This document shows positions 1-14,394 of a stretch of DNA of 64,000 nt, one piece after another. The notes beneath the pieces are model-generated. The model made no database searches. It saw only the letters and a program-made list of their open reading frames with translations, and was not told the origin of the DNA. The position numbers were made by a program, and so were the translations under genes. The first letter of the stretch is position 1, and every line of letters begins with the position of its first letter. Origin of the DNA: the human T2T-CHM13v2.0 reference genome, Homo sapiens; NCBI GenBank assembly GCA_009914755.4, contig CP086569.2, forward strand, positions 27,584,001 to 27,648,000. The letters run 5' to 3'.

Positions 1-2873
1 GAGTGTAGTTGAATGGAATGGAATGGTATGGAACGTACTGGAATGGAATGGATAAGAATGGAATGGAATGGAATCGCATGGAATTGAATAGAATGAAATC
101 GAATTGAATAGAATCAAAAGGAAAAAATGGAGGCAAATGGAATCGAATGTCATAGAATCGAACGGTTTTGAATGTCAGTGAAAGGAAACGAATGGAATGC
201 GATGAAGTGGAGCGGAGTGGAGTGGAAAGGAGTGCAATGGAATAGGGTGGAACAGAATTTAATGGAACAGAGTGGATTGGAGTGGACTGGAGTGGAATGG
301 AAAGGGAAGGAATGGGATTGAAAGGAGTGGCGTGCAGTGGAGTGGAGTGGCATGGAGTGGAGTGGAGTGGAATGGAGTGGAATGGAATGGAGTGGAATGG
401 AGTGGATTGGAATGGAATGGAGTGCAGAGGAATGGAATGGAATGGTATAGAGTGGACAGGAATGGAGTGGAGTGGATTGGAATGGAATGGAATGTAAGGG
501 AATGGAACTGAATGGACTGGAATGGAATGGAGTAGAATGGAATCACAGGGAATCAAATTGGATTGAATCGAATCGAATGGAGAAAATGAAATCAAATGAA
601 ATTGAATGGAATCGAATTGAATGTAAACAATGGAATCCAATGGAGTCAAATGGAATCGAATCAAATGGTTTTGAATGGCATCAAATGAAATGGCATGGAA
701 GGCAGTGAATTGGAGTGGAGTGGAATAGAGAGGAATGAATTGGAATGGAGTGTAGTGGAATGGAGTGGATTGGATTGGAATGGAATGGAATAGATTGGAT
801 TGGAGTGGTGCAGAGTGGAGTGGACTGGAGTGCAGAGGAATGGAGTGGAGTGAAGTCCAGTTGAGTGGAATGGAATGGAGTGGAGCAGAGTGGAATTCAA
901 AAGAATGAAGTGGATTGGTATGGAATGGAATGGCGTGGAATGGCGTGGAATAGAATGGAATGGAATCGCATGGAATGATATGAAATCAAATCGAATTGAA
1001 CGGAAAATTATGAATCCAATGGAATAGAAAGGATTCTAAAGGAATGGATTCGAAAGGCATTGAATGGAATGGAAAGGAATGCAGTGAAGTGGAGTGGAGT
1101 GGAGTGGAATGTTTTAGAGTGAACTGGGGTGGATTGGAACTCTATGGCGGGGAGTGGAGTGAAGTGGATTGGAGTGGAATGGAGCGCAATGGACTGGAGT
1201 GGAGTGGAATGGATTGGAGTGGAGTGGAGTGCATCGGAGTGGAGTGCTGTGGAGTGGACTAGAGTGGGGTGGAGTGGAGTGCATTGGAGTGGAATGGAAC
1301 GGAGTGGGGTGGAATGGAATGGAATGGAATCAAATCGCATGGTAATGAATCAAATGGAATCAAATCGAATGGAAATAATGGAATCGAAGGGAAACGAATG
1401 GAATCGAATTGCACTGATTCTACTGACTTCGAGGAAAATGAAATGAAATGCGGTGAAGTGGAATGGAGGGAATGTATTAGGGTGGAATGGAATTGAATGG
1501 TGTGGAGTGGAGTGGAGTGCCCAGGAGTGGAATGGGAAGAAATGGAATTGAACGGAGTGGAGTGGAGTGGAATGGGGGATAATGGAGTGGAGTAGAGTGG
1601 AGTGGAGTAGAGTGGAATGGGTTGGAGTGTAATGCAGAGTACAGGAGTGGAGTGCGGTGGACTGGAGTGGAGTGGAGTTGAGTGGAGTGGATTGGATTGA
1701 AATAGAGCGGAGCAGAGTGGAATGGAATTGAATCACATGGTATTGAATCAAATCGAATGGAATTAAATCGAATGAAAAAATGGAATCAAAAGCAAACGAA
1801 TGGAGTCAAACCTCATTGGTTAAACTGACATCGAAAAATATCAAATGAAATGTGGTGAAGTGGAGTGGAGTGTAATGAAATGGGGTGGAATGAAATTGAA
1901 TGGAGTGGAGTGGATTGGAGTCTACTGGAGTGGAATGGAACGGAATGCAAAGGAATGGAATAGAATGCAGTGAAGTGCAGTGCAGTGAAGTGGAGTGGAA
2001 AGGAATGGAATGGAATGGAATGGAATGGAATGGAATGGAATGGAACGGAATCAAATGGTATCGAAGTGAATCGAATCTAATGAAATTGATCGGAAAAAAT
2101 GGAATGGAGTAGAATCGAATAAGATGGATTCAAAGGCAACAAATAGAATTGAATGGAATGCGGTGAGGTGGAGGGCATTGGAATGGAGTTGAATGGAATG
2201 GGGTATAATTGAATTGAATGGAGTGGAGTGGATTGTAGTGGACTGGAGTGGAATGGAACGGAATGGGCAGGAATGGAATTGAAAGGGGTGAATTGGAATC
2301 GAGTGCTGTGGATTGGAGTAGACTGCATTGTAGTGGATTGGAGTGGAAAGAAGTGGAGTGGAATGGAATGGAATGCAATGGAGTGGAGTGGAATGGAATG
2401 GAGTGGAGTAGAATGGAATTTAATGGAGTGGAGTGGAATTGAGTGGAATGGAGAGTAATGGAGTGGAGTGGACTGGAGCGAAGTGGAGTGTAGTGCATTG
2501 GACTGTAGGGGATTGAAGTGGCTTGGAGTGCAATGGAGTGGAGTGGAATGGAATGTAATGTAATGGAATGGAATGGAGTGGAATGGAATCGAATCACATG
2601 GAACTGAATCAAATCGAATTGAATGAAATTGAATGGAAAAAATGGAATGAAATGGAATCAAATCGAATGGATTCGAATGACATTGAATGGAATCGAAAGG
2701 AATGCAGTGAGGTGGAGTTGAGTGGAGTGGAGTGGAATGGAATGGGATGAATGGAATTGACTGGAGAGGAGTGGAATGGAATGGAATGGAAAGGAATGGA
2801 ATTGAACGAAATGGAGTGTAGTAGAATGTAGTGGATTGGAGTGGAGTGCAGGGGAGTGCAGTGGAATGAAGAG
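1..2873. repeat. HOR unit A1 (2,873 bp)
   Basis: Phase landmark at 1 and 2874. The (GGAAT)8 tract is at 2002 to 2041. Confidence 0.85.
2002..2041 (+). repeat. Uninterrupted (GGAAT)8 microsatellite-like tract nested in HOR A (exemplar; the homologous tract has 4 to 9 copies in other A units)
   Basis: Exact ggaat x8 followed by ggaac. Copy number in the homologous tracts is A1 8, A2 8, A3 8, A4 5, A5 7, A6 6, A7 to A10 4 each, A11 9. Confidence 0.9.
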
Positions 2874-5746
2874 GAGTGTAGTTGAATGGAATGGAATGGT
2901 ATGGAACGTACTGGAATGGAATGGATAAGAATGGAATGGAATGGAATCGCATGGAATTGAATAGAATGAAATCGAATTGAATAGAATCAAAAGGAAAAAA
3001 TGGAGGCAAATGGAATCGAATGTCATAGAATCGAACGGTTTTGAATGTCAGTGAAAGGAAACGAATGGAATGCGATGAAGTGGAGCGGAGTGGAGTGGAA
3101 AGGAGTGCAATGGAATAGGGTGGAACAGAATTTAATGGAACAGAGTGGATTGGAGTGGACTGGAGTGGAATGGAAAGGGAAGGAATGGGATTGAAAGGAG
3201 TGGCGTGCAGTGGAGTGGAGTGGCATGGAGTGGAGTGGAGTGGAATGGAGTGGAATGGAATGGAGTGGAATGGAGTGGATTGGAATGGAATGGAGTGCAG
3301 AGGAATGGAATGGAATGGTATAGAGTGGACAGGAATGGAGTGGAGTGGATTGGAATGGAATGGAATGTAAGGGAATGGAACTGAATGGACTGGAATGGAA
3401 TGGAGTAGAATGGAATCACAGGGAATCAAATTGGATTGAATCGAATCGAATGGAGAAAATGAAATCAAATGAAATTGAATGGAATCGAATTGAATGTAAA
3501 CAATGGAATCCAATGGAGTCAAATGGAATCGAATCAAATGGTTTTGAATGGCATCAAATGAAATGGCATGGAAGGCAGTGAATTGGAGTGGAGTGGAATA
3601 GAGAGGAATGAATTGGAATGGAGTGTAGTGGAATGGAGTGGATTGGATTGGAATGGAATGGAATAGATTGGATTGGAGTGGTGCAGAGTGGAGTGGACTG
3701 GAGTGCAGAGGAATGGAGTGGAGTGAAGTCCAGTTGAGTGGAATGGAATGGAGTGGAGCAGAGTGGAATTCAAAAGAATGAAGTGGATTGGTATGGAATG
3801 GAATGGCGTGGAATGGCGTGGAATAGAATGGAATGGAATCGCATGGAATGATATGAAATCAAATCGAATTGAACGGAAAATTATGAATCCAATGGAATCG
3901 AAAGGATTCTAAAGGAATGGATTCGAAAGGCATTGAATGGAATGGAAAGGAATGCAGTGAAGTGGAGTGGAGTGGAGTGGAATGTTTTAGAGTGAACTGG
4001 GGTGGATTGGAACTCTATGGCGGGGAGTGGAGTGAAGTGGATTGGAGTGGAATGGAGCGCAATGGACTGGAGTGGAGTGGAATGGATTGGAGTGGAGTGG
4101 AGTGCATCGGAGTGGAGTGCTGTGGAGTGGACTAGAGTGGGGTGGAGTGGAGTGCATTGGAGTGGAATGGAACGGAGTGGGGTGGAATGGAATGGAATGG
4201 AATCAAATCGCATGGTAATGAATCAAATGGAATCAAATCGAATGGAAATAATGGAATCGAAGGGAAACGAATGGAATCGAATTGCACTGATTCTACTGAC
4301 TTCGAGGAAAATGAAATGAAATGCGGTGAAGTGGAATGGAGGGAATGTATTAGGGTGGAATGGAATTGAATGGTGTGGAGTGGAGTGGAGTGCCCAGGAG
4401 TGGAATGGGAAGAAATGGAATTGAACGGAGTGGAGTGGAGTGGAATGGGGGATAATGGAGTGGAGTAGAGTGGAGTGGAGTAGAGTGGAATGGGTTGGAG
4501 TGTAATGCAGAGTACAGGAGTGGAGTGCGGTGGACTGGAGTGGAGTGGAGTTGAGTGGAGTGGATTGGATTGAAATAGAGCGGAGCAGAGTGGAATGGAA
4601 TTGAATCACATGGTATTGAATCAAATCGAATGGAATTAAATCGAATGAAAAAATGGAATCAAAAGCAAACGAATGGAGTCAAACCTCATTGGTTAAACTG
4701 ACATCGAAAAATATCAAATGAAATGTGGTGAAGTGGAGTGGAGTGTAATGAAATGGGGTGGAATGAAATTGAATGGAGTGGAGTGGATTGGAGTCTACTG
4801 GAGTGGAATGGAACGGAATGCAAAGGAATGGAATAGAATGCAGTGAAGTGCAGTGCAGTGAAGTGGAGTGGAAAGGAATGGAATGGAATGGAATGGAATG
4901 GAATGGAATGGAATGGAACGGAATCAAATGGTATCGAAGTGAATCGAATCTAATGAAATTGATCGGAAAAAATGGAATGGAGTAGAATCGAATAAGATGG
5001 ATTCAAAGGCAACAAATAGAATTGAATGGAATGCGGTGAGGTGGAGGGCATTGGAATGGAGTTGAATGGAATGGGGTATAATTGAATTGAATGGAGTGGA
5101 GTGGATTGTAGTGGACTGGAGTGGAATGGAACGGAATGGGCAGGAATGGAATTGAAAGGGGTGAATTGGAATTGAGTGCTGTGGATTGGAGTAGACTGCA
5201 TTGTAGTGGATTGGAGTGGAAAGAAGTGGAGTGGAATGGAATGGAATGCAATGGAGTGGAGTGGAATGGAATGGAGTGGAGTAGAATGGAATTTAATGGA
5301 GTGGAGTGGAATTGAGTGGAATGGAGAGTAATGGAGTGGAGTGGACTGGAGCGAAGTGGAGTGTAGTGCATTGGACTGTAGGGGATTGAAGTGGCTTGGA
5401 GTGCAATGGAGTGGAGTGGAATGGAATGTAATGGAATGGAATGGAATGGAGTGGAATGGAATCGAATCACATGGAACTGAATCAAATCGAATTGAATGAA
5501 ATTGAATGGAAAAAATGGAATGAAATGGAATCAAATCGAATGGATTCGAATGACATTGAATGGAATCGAAAGGAATGCAGTGAGGTGGAGTTGAGTGGAG
5601 TGGAGTGGAATGGAATGGGATGAATGGAATTGACTGGAGAGGAGTGGAATGGAATGGAATGGAAAGGAATGGAATTGAACGAAATGGAGTGTAGTAGAAT
5701 GTAGTGGATTGGAGTGGAGTGCAGGGGAGTGCAGTGGAATGAAGAG
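2874..5746. repeat. HOR unit A2 (2,873 bp)
   Basis: Phase landmark at 2874. (GGAAT)8 tract at 4875 to 4914. Confidence 0.85.
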
Positions 5747-8629
5747 GAGTGTAGTTGAATGGAATGGAATGGTATGGAACGTACTGGAATGGAATGGATA
5801 AGAATGGAATGGAATGGAATCGCATGGAATTGAATAGAATGAAATCGAATTGAATAGAATCAAAAGGAAAAAATGGAGGCAAATGGAATCGAATGTCATA
5901 GAATCGAACGGTTTTGAATGTCAGTGAAAGGAAACGAATGGAATGCGATGAAGTGGAGCGGAGTGGAGTGGAAAGGAGTGCAATGGAATAGGGTGGAACA
6001 GAATTTAATGGAACAGAGTGGATTGGAGTGGACTGGAGTGGAATGGAAAGGGAAGGAATGGGATTGAAAGGAGTGGCGTGCAGTGGAGTGGAGTGGCATG
6101 GAGTGGAGTGGAGTGGAATGGAGTGGAATGGAATGGAGTGGAATGGAGTGGATTGGAATGGAATGGAGTGCAGAGGAATGGAATGGAATGGTATAGAGTG
6201 GACAGGAATGGAGTGGAGTGGATTGGAATGGAATGGAATGTAAGGGAATGGAACTGAATGGACTGGAATGGAATGGAGTAGAATGGAATCACAGGGAATC
6301 AAATTGGATTGAATCGAATCGAATGGAGAAAATGAAATCAAATGAAATTGAATGGAATCGAATTGAATGTAAACAATGGAATCCAATGGAGTCAAATGGA
6401 ATCGAATCAAATGGTTTTGAATGGCATCAAATGAAATGGCATGGAAGGCAGTGAATTGGAGTGGAGTGGAATAGAGAGGAATGAATTGGAATGGAGTGTA
6501 GTGGAATGGAGTGGATTGGATTGGAATGGAATGGAATAGATTGGATTGGAGTGGTGCAGAGTGGAGTGGACTGGAGTGCAGAGGAATGGAGTGGAGTGAA
6601 GTCCAGTTGAGTGGAATGGAATGGAGTGGAGCAGAGTGGAATTCAAAAGAATGAAGTGGATTGGTATGGAATGGAATGGCGTGGAATGGCGTGGAATAGA
6701 ATGGAATGGAATCGCATGGAATGATATGAAATCAAATCGAATTGAACGGAAAATTATGAATCCAATGGAATCGAAAGGATTCTAAAGGAATGGATTCGAA
6801 AGGCATTGAATGGAATGGAAAGGAATGCAGTGAAGTGGAGTGGAGTGGAGTGGAATGTTTTAGAGTGAACTGGGGTGGATTGGAACTCTATGGCGGGGAG
6901 TGGAGTGAAGTGGATTGGAGTGGAATGGAGCGCAATGGACTGGAGTGGAGTGGAATGGATTGGAGTGGAGTGGAGTGCATCGGAGTGGAGTGCTGTGGAG
7001 TGGACTAGAGTGGGGTGGAGTGGAGTGCATTGGAGTGGAATGGAACGGAGTGGGGTGGAATGGAATGGAATGGAATCAAATCGCATGGTAATGAATCAAA
7101 TGGAATCAAATCGAATGGAAATAATGGAATCGAAGGGAAACGAATGGAATCGAATTGCACTGATTCTACTGACTTCGAGGAAAATGAAATGAAATGCGGT
7201 GAAGTGGAATGGAGGGAATGTATTAGGGTGGAATGGAATTGAATGGTGTGGAGTGGAGTGGAGTGCCCAGGAGTGGAATGGGAAGAAATGGAATTGAACG
7301 GAGTGGAGTGGAGTGGAATGGGGGATAATGGAGTGGAGTAGAGTGGAGTGGAGTAGAGTGGAATGGGTTGGAGTGTAATGCAGAGTACAGGAGTGGAGTG
7401 CGGTGGACTGGAGTGGAGTGGAGTTGAGTGGAGTGGATTGGATTGAAATAGAGCGGAGCAGAGTGGAATGGAATTGAATCACATGGTATTGAATCAAATC
7501 GAATGGAATTAAATCGAATCAAAAAATGGAATCAAAAGCAAACGAATGGAGTCAAACCTCATTGGTTAAACTGACATCGAAAAATATCAAATGAAATGTG
7601 GTGAAGTGGAGTGGAGTGTAATGAAATGGGGTGGAATGAAATTGAATGGAGTGGAGTGGATTGGAGTCTACTGGAGTGGAATGGAACGGAATGTAAAGGA
7701 ATGGAATAGAATGCAGTGAAGTGCAGTGTAGTGAAATGGAGTGGAAAGGAATGGAATGGAATGGAATGGAATGGAATGGAATGGAATGGAACGGAATCAA
7801 ATGGCATCGAAGTGAATCGAATCTAATGAAATTGATTGGAAAAAACGGAATGGAGTAGAATCGAATAAGATGGATTCAAAGGCAACAAATAGAATTGAAT
7901 GGAATGCGGTGAGGTGGAGGGCATTGGAATGGAGTTGAATGGAATGGGGTATAATTGAATTGAATGGCGTGGAGTGGATTGTAGTGGACTGGAGTGGAAT
8001 GGAACGGAATGGGCAGGAATGGAATTGAAAGGGGTGAATTAGAATTGAGTGCTGTGGATTGGAGTAGACTGCATTCTAGTGGATTGGAGTGCAAAGAAGT
8101 GGAGTGGAATGGAATGGAATGCAATGGAGTTGAGTGGAATGGAATGGAGTGGAGTAGAATGGAATTTAATGGAGTGGAGTGGAATTGAGTGGAATGGAGA
8201 GTAATGGAGTGGAGTGGACTGGAGCGAAGTGGAGTGTAGTGCATTGGACTGTAGGGGATTGAAGTGGCTTGGAGTGCAATGGAGTGGAGTGGAATGGAAT
8301 GTAATGGAATGGAATGGAATGGAGTGGAATGGAGTGGAATGGAATCGAATCACATGGAACTGAATCAAATCGAATTGAATGAAATTGAATGGAAAAAATG
8401 GAATGAAATCTAATCAAATCGAATGGATTCGAATGACATTGAATGGAATCGAAAGGAATGCAGTGAGGTGGAGTTGAGTGGAGTGGAGTGGAATGGAATG
8501 GGATGAATGGAATTGACTGGAGAGGAGTGGAATGGAATGGAATGGAAAGGAATGGAATTGAACGAAATGGAGTGTAGTAGAATGTAGTGGATTGGAGTGG
8601 AGTGCAGGGGAGTGCAGTGGAATGAAGAG
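5747..8629. repeat. HOR unit A3 (2,883 bp)
   Basis: Phase landmark at 5747. (GGAAT)8 tract at 7748 to 7787. Carries the 'aatcgaatcaaaaaatgg' variant at ~7511, which is shared with A7 to A10. Confidence 0.85.
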
Positions 8630-11496
8630 GAGTGTAGTTGAATGGAATGGAATGGTATGGAACGTACTGGAATGGAATGGATAAGAATGGAATGGAATGG
8701 AATCGCATGGAATTGAATAGAATGAAATCGAATTGAATAGAATCAAATGGAAAAAATGGAGGCAAATGGAATCGAATGTCATAGAATCGAACGGTTTTGA
8801 ATGTCAGTGAATGGAAACGAATGGAATGCGATGAAGTGGAGCGGAGTGGAGTGGAAAGGAGTGCAATGGAATAGGGTGGAACAGAATTTAATGGAACAGA
8901 GTGGATTGGAGTGGACTGGAGTGGAATGGAAAGGGAAGGAATGGGATTGAAAGGAGTGGCGTGCAGTGGAGTGGAGTGGCATGGAGTGGAGTGGAGTGGA
9001 ATGGAGTGGAATGGAATGGAGTGGAATGGAGTGGATTGGAATGGAATGGAGTGCAGAGGAATGGAATGGAATGGTATAGAGTGGACAGGAATGGAGTGGA
9101 GTGGATTGGAATGGAATGGAATGTAAGGGAATGGAACTGAATGGACTGGAATGGAATGGAATAGAATGGAATCGCAGGGAATCAAATTGGATTGAATCGA
9201 ATCGAATGGAGAAAATGAAATCAAATGAAATTGAATGGAATCAAAATGAATGTAAACAATGGAATCCAATGGAGTCAAATGGAATCGAATCAAATGGTTT
9301 TGAATGGCATCAAATGAAATGGCATGGAAGGCAGTGAATTGGAGTGGAGTGGAATAGAGAGGAATGAATTGGAATGGAGTGTAGTGGAATGGAGTGGATT
9401 GGATTGGAATGGAATGGAATAGATTGGATTGGAGTGGTGCAGAGTGGAGTGGACTGGAGTGCAGAGGAATGGAGTGGAGTGAAGTCCAGTTGAGTGGAAT
9501 GGAATGGAGTGGAGCAGAGTGGAATTCAAAAGAATGAAGTGGATTGGTATGGAATGGAATGGCGTGGAATGGCGTGGAATAGAATGGAATGGAATCGCAT
9601 GGAATGATATGAAATCAAATCGAATTGAACGGAAAATTATGAATCCAATGGAATCGAAAGGATTCTAAAGGAATGGATTCGAAAGGCATTGAATGGAATG
9701 GAAAGGAATGCAGTGAAGTGGAGTGGAGTGGAGTGGAATGTTTTAGAGTGAACTGGGGTGGATTGGAACTCTATGGCGGGTAGTGGAGTGAAGTGGATTG
9801 GAGAGGAATGGAGCGCAATGGACTGGAGTGGAGTGGAATGGATTGGAGTGGAGTGGAGTGGATCGGAGTGGAGTGCTGTGGAGTGGACTAGAGTGGGGTG
9901 GAGTGGAGTGCATTGGAGTGGAATGGAACGGAGTGGGGTGGAATGGAATGGAATGGAATCAAATCGCATGGTAATGAATCAAATGGAATCAAATCGAATG
10001 GAAATAATGGAATCGAAGGGAAACGAATGGAATCGAATTGCACTGATTCTACTGACTTCGAGGAAAATGAAATGAAATGCGGTGAAGTGGAATGGAGGGA
10101 ATGTATTAGGGTGGAATGGAATTGAATGGTGTGGAGTGGAGTGGAGTGCCCAGGAGTGGAATGGGAAGAAATGGAATTGAACGGAGTGGAGTGCAGTGGA
10201 ATGGGGGATAATGGAGTGGAGTAGAGTGGAGTGGAGTAGAGTGGAATGGGTTGGAGTGTAATGCAGAGTACAGGAGTGGAGTGCGGTGGACTGGAGTGGA
10301 GTGGAGTTGAGTGGAGTGGATTGGATTGAAATAGAGCGGAGCAGAGTGGAATGGAATTGAATCACATGGTATTGAATCAAATCGAATGGAATTAAATCGA
10401 ATGAAAAAATGGAATCAAAAGCAAACGAATGGAGTCAAACCTCATTGGTTAAACTGACATCGAAAAATATCAAATGAAATGTGGTGAAGTGGAGTGGAGT
10501 GTAATGAAATGGGGTGGAATGAAATTGAATGGAGTGGAGTGGATTGGAGTCTACTGCAGTGGAATGGAACGGAATGTAAAGGAATGGAATAGAATGCAAT
10601 GAAGTGCAGTGCAGTGAAATGGAGTGGAAAGGAATGGAATGGAATGGAATGGAATGGAACGGAATCAAATGGTATCGAAGTGAATCGAATCTAATGAAAT
10701 TGATCGGAAAAAATGGAATGGAGTAGAATCGAATAAGATGGATTCAAAGGCAACAAATAGAATTGAATGGAATGCGGTGAGGTGGAGGGCATTGGAATGG
10801 AGTTGAATGGAATGGGGTATAATTGAATTGAATGGAGTGGAGTGGATTGTAGTGAACTGGAGTGGAATGGAACGGAATGGGCAGGAATGGAATTGAAAGG
10901 GGTGAATTGGAATTGAGTGCTGTGGATTGGAGTAGACTGCATTCTAGTGGATTGGAGTGGAAAGAAGTGGAGTGGAATGGAATGGAATGCAATGGAGTGG
11001 AGTGGAATGGAATGGAGTGGAGTAGAATGGAATTTAATGGAGTGGAGTGGAATTGAGTGGAATGGAGAGTAATGGAGTGGAGTGGACTGGAGCGAAGTGG
11101 AGTGTAGTGCATTGGACTGTAGGGGATTGAAGTGGCTTGGAGTGCAATGGAGTGGAGTGGAATGGAATGTAATGGAATGGAATGGAATGGAGTGGAATGG
11201 AGTGGAATGGAATCGAATAACATGGAACTGAATCAAATCGAATTGAATGAAATTGAATGGAAAAATTGAATGAAATGGAATCAAATCGAATGGATTCGAA
11301 TGACATTGAATGGAATCGAAAGGAATGCAGTGAGGTGGAGTTGAGTGGAGTGGAGTGGAATGGAATGGGATGAATGGAATTGACTGGAGAGGAGTGGAAT
11401 GGAATGGAATGGAAAGGAATGGAATTGAACGAAATGGAGTGTAGTAGAATGTAGTGGATTGGAGTGGAGTGCAGGGGAGTGCAGTGGAATGAAGAG
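8630..11496. repeat. HOR unit A4 (2,867 bp)
   Basis: Phase landmark at 8630. The (GGAAT)n tract is reduced to 5 copies (10631 to 10655). There is an extra 'ggagtggaat' near 11191 and a 1-bp change at ~11258. Confidence 0.85.
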
Positions 11497-14394
11497 GAGT
11501 GTAGTCGAATGGAATGGAATGGTATGGAACGTACTGGAATGGAATGGATAAGAATGGAATGGAATGGAATCGCATGGAATTGAATAGAATGAAATCGAAT
11601 TGAATAGAATCAAATGGAAAAAATGGAGGCAAATGGAATCGAATGTCATAGAATCGAACGGTTTTGAATGTCAGTGAATGGAAACGAATGGAATGCGATG
11701 AAGTGGAGCAGAGTGGAGTGGAAAGGAGTGCAATGGAATAGGGTGGAACAGAATTTAATGGAACAGAGTGGATTGGAGTGGACTGGAGTGGAATGGAAAG
11801 GGAAGGAATGGGATTGAAAGGAGTGGCGTGCAGTGGAGTGGAGTGGCATGGAGTGGAGTGGAGTGGAATGGAGTGGAATGGAATGGAGTGGAATGGAGTG
11901 GATTGGAATGGAATGGAGTGCAGAGGAATGGAATGGAATGGTATAGAGTGGACAGGAATGGAGTGGAGTGGATTGGAATGGAATGGAATGTAAGGGAATG
12001 GAACTGAATGGACTGGAATGGAATGGAATAGAATGGAATCGCAGGGAATCAAATTGGATTGAATCGAATCGAATGGAGAAAATGAAATCAAATGAAATTG
12101 AATGGAATCGAATTGAATGTAAACAATGGAATCCAATGGAGTCAAATGGAATCGAATCAAATGGTTTTGAATGGCATCAAATGAAATGGCATGGAAGGCA
12201 GTGAATTGGAGTGGAGTGGAATAGAGAGGAATGAATTGGAATGGAGTGTAGTGGAATGGAGTGGATTCCAATGGATTGGAGTGGATTGGATTGGAATGGA
12301 ATGGAATAGATTGGATTGGAGTGGTGCAGAGTGGAGTGGACTGGAGTGCAGAGGAATGGAGTGGAGTGAAGTCCAGTTGAGTGGAATGGAATGGAGTGGA
12401 GCAGAGTGGAATTCAAAAGAATGAAGTGGATTGGTATGGAATGGAATGGCGTGGAATGGCGTGGAATAGAATGGAATGGAATCGCATGGAATGATATGAA
12501 ATCAAATCGAATTGAACGGAAAATTATGAATCCAATGGAATCGAAAGGATTCTAAAGGAATGGATTCGAAAGGCATTGAATGGAATGGAAAGGAATGCAG
12601 TGAAGTGGAGTGGAGTGGAGTGGAATGTTTTAGAGTGAACTGGGGTGGATTGGAACTCTATGGCGGGGAGTGGAGTGAAGTGGATTGGAGTGGAATGGAG
12701 TGCAATGGACTGGAGTGGAGTGGAATGGATTGGAGTGGAGTGGAGTGGATCGGAGTGGAGTGCTGTGGAGTGGACTAGAGTGGGGTGGAGTGGAGTGCAT
12801 TGGAGTGGAATGGAACGGAGTGGGGTGGAATGGAATGGAATGGAATCAAATCGCATGGTAATGAATCAAATGGAATCAAATCGAATGGAAATAATGGAAT
12901 CGAAGGGAAATGAATGGAATCGAATTGCACTGATTCTACTGACTTCGAGGAAAATGAAATGAAATGCGGTGAAGTGGAATGGAGGGAATGTATTAGGGTG
13001 GAATGGAATTGAATGGTGTGGAGTGGAGTGGAGTGCCCAGGAGTGGAATGGGAAGAAATGGAATTGAACGGAGTGGAGTGGAGTGGAATGGGGGATAATG
13101 GAGTGGAGTAGAGTGGAGTGGAGTAGAGTGGAATGGGTTGGAGTGTAATGCAGAGTACAGGAGTGGAGTGCGGTGGACTGGAGTGGAGTGGAGTTGAGTG
13201 GAGTGGATTGGATTGAAATAGAGCGGAGCAGAGTGGAATGGAATTGAATCACATGGTATTGAATCAAATCGAATGGAATTAAATCGAATGAAAAAATGGA
13301 ATCAAAAGCAAACGAATGGAGTCAAACCTCATTGGTTAAACTGACATCGAAAAATATCAAATGAAATGTGGTGAAGTGGAGTGGAGTGTAATGAAATGGG
13401 GTGGAATGAAATTGAATGGAGTGGAGTGGATTGGAGTCTACTGGAGTGGAATGGAACGGAATGCAAAGGAATGGAATAGAATGCAGTGAAGTGCAGTGCA
13501 GTGAAATGGAGTGGAAAGGAATGGAATGGAATGGAATGGAATGGAATGGAATGGAACGGAATCAAATGGTATCGAAGTGAATCGAATCTAATGAAATTGA
13601 TCGGAAAAAATGGAATGGAGTAGAATCGAATAAGATGGATTCAAAGGCAACAAATAGAATTGAATGGAATGCGGTGAGGTTGAGGGCATTGGAATGGAGT
13701 TGAATGGAATGGGGTATAATTGAATTGAATGGAGTGGAGTGGATTGTAGTGGACTGGAGTGGAATGGAAAGGAATTGGCAGGAATGGAATTGAAATGGGT
13801 GAATTGGAATTGAGTGCTGTGGATTGGAGTAGACTGCATTCTAGTGGATTGGAGTGGAAAGAAGTGGAGTGGAATGGAATGGAATGCAATGGAGTGGAGT
13901 GGAATGGAATGGAGTGGAGTAGAATGGAATTTAATGGAGTGGAGTGGAATTGAGTGGAATGGAGAGTAATGGAGTGGAGTGGACTGGAGCGAAGTGGAGT
14001 GTAGTGCATTGGACTGTAGGGGATTGAAGTGGCTTGCAGTGCAATGGAGTGGAGTGGAATGGAATGTAATGGAATGGAATGGAATGGAATGGAATGGAGT
14101 GGAATGGAATCGAATCACATGGAACTGAATCAAATCGAATTGAATGAAATTGAAAGGAAAAAATGGAATGAAATGGAATCAAATCGAATGGATTCGAATG
14201 ACATTGAATGGAATCGAAAGGAATGCAGTGAGGTGGAGTTGAGTGGAGTGGAGTGGAATGGAATGGGATGAATGGAATTGACTGGAGAGGAGTGGAATGG
14301 AATGGAATGGAAAGGAATGGAATTGAACGAAATGGAGTGTAGTAGAATGTAGTGGATTGGAGTGGAGTGCAGGGGAGTGCAGTGGAATGAAGAG
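11497..14394. repeat. HOR unit A5 (2,898 bp)
   Basis: Phase landmark at 11497. Contains a 20-bp 'ttccaatggattggagtgga' insertion variant at ~12257. (GGAAT)7 tract at 13518 to 13552. Confidence 0.85.
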
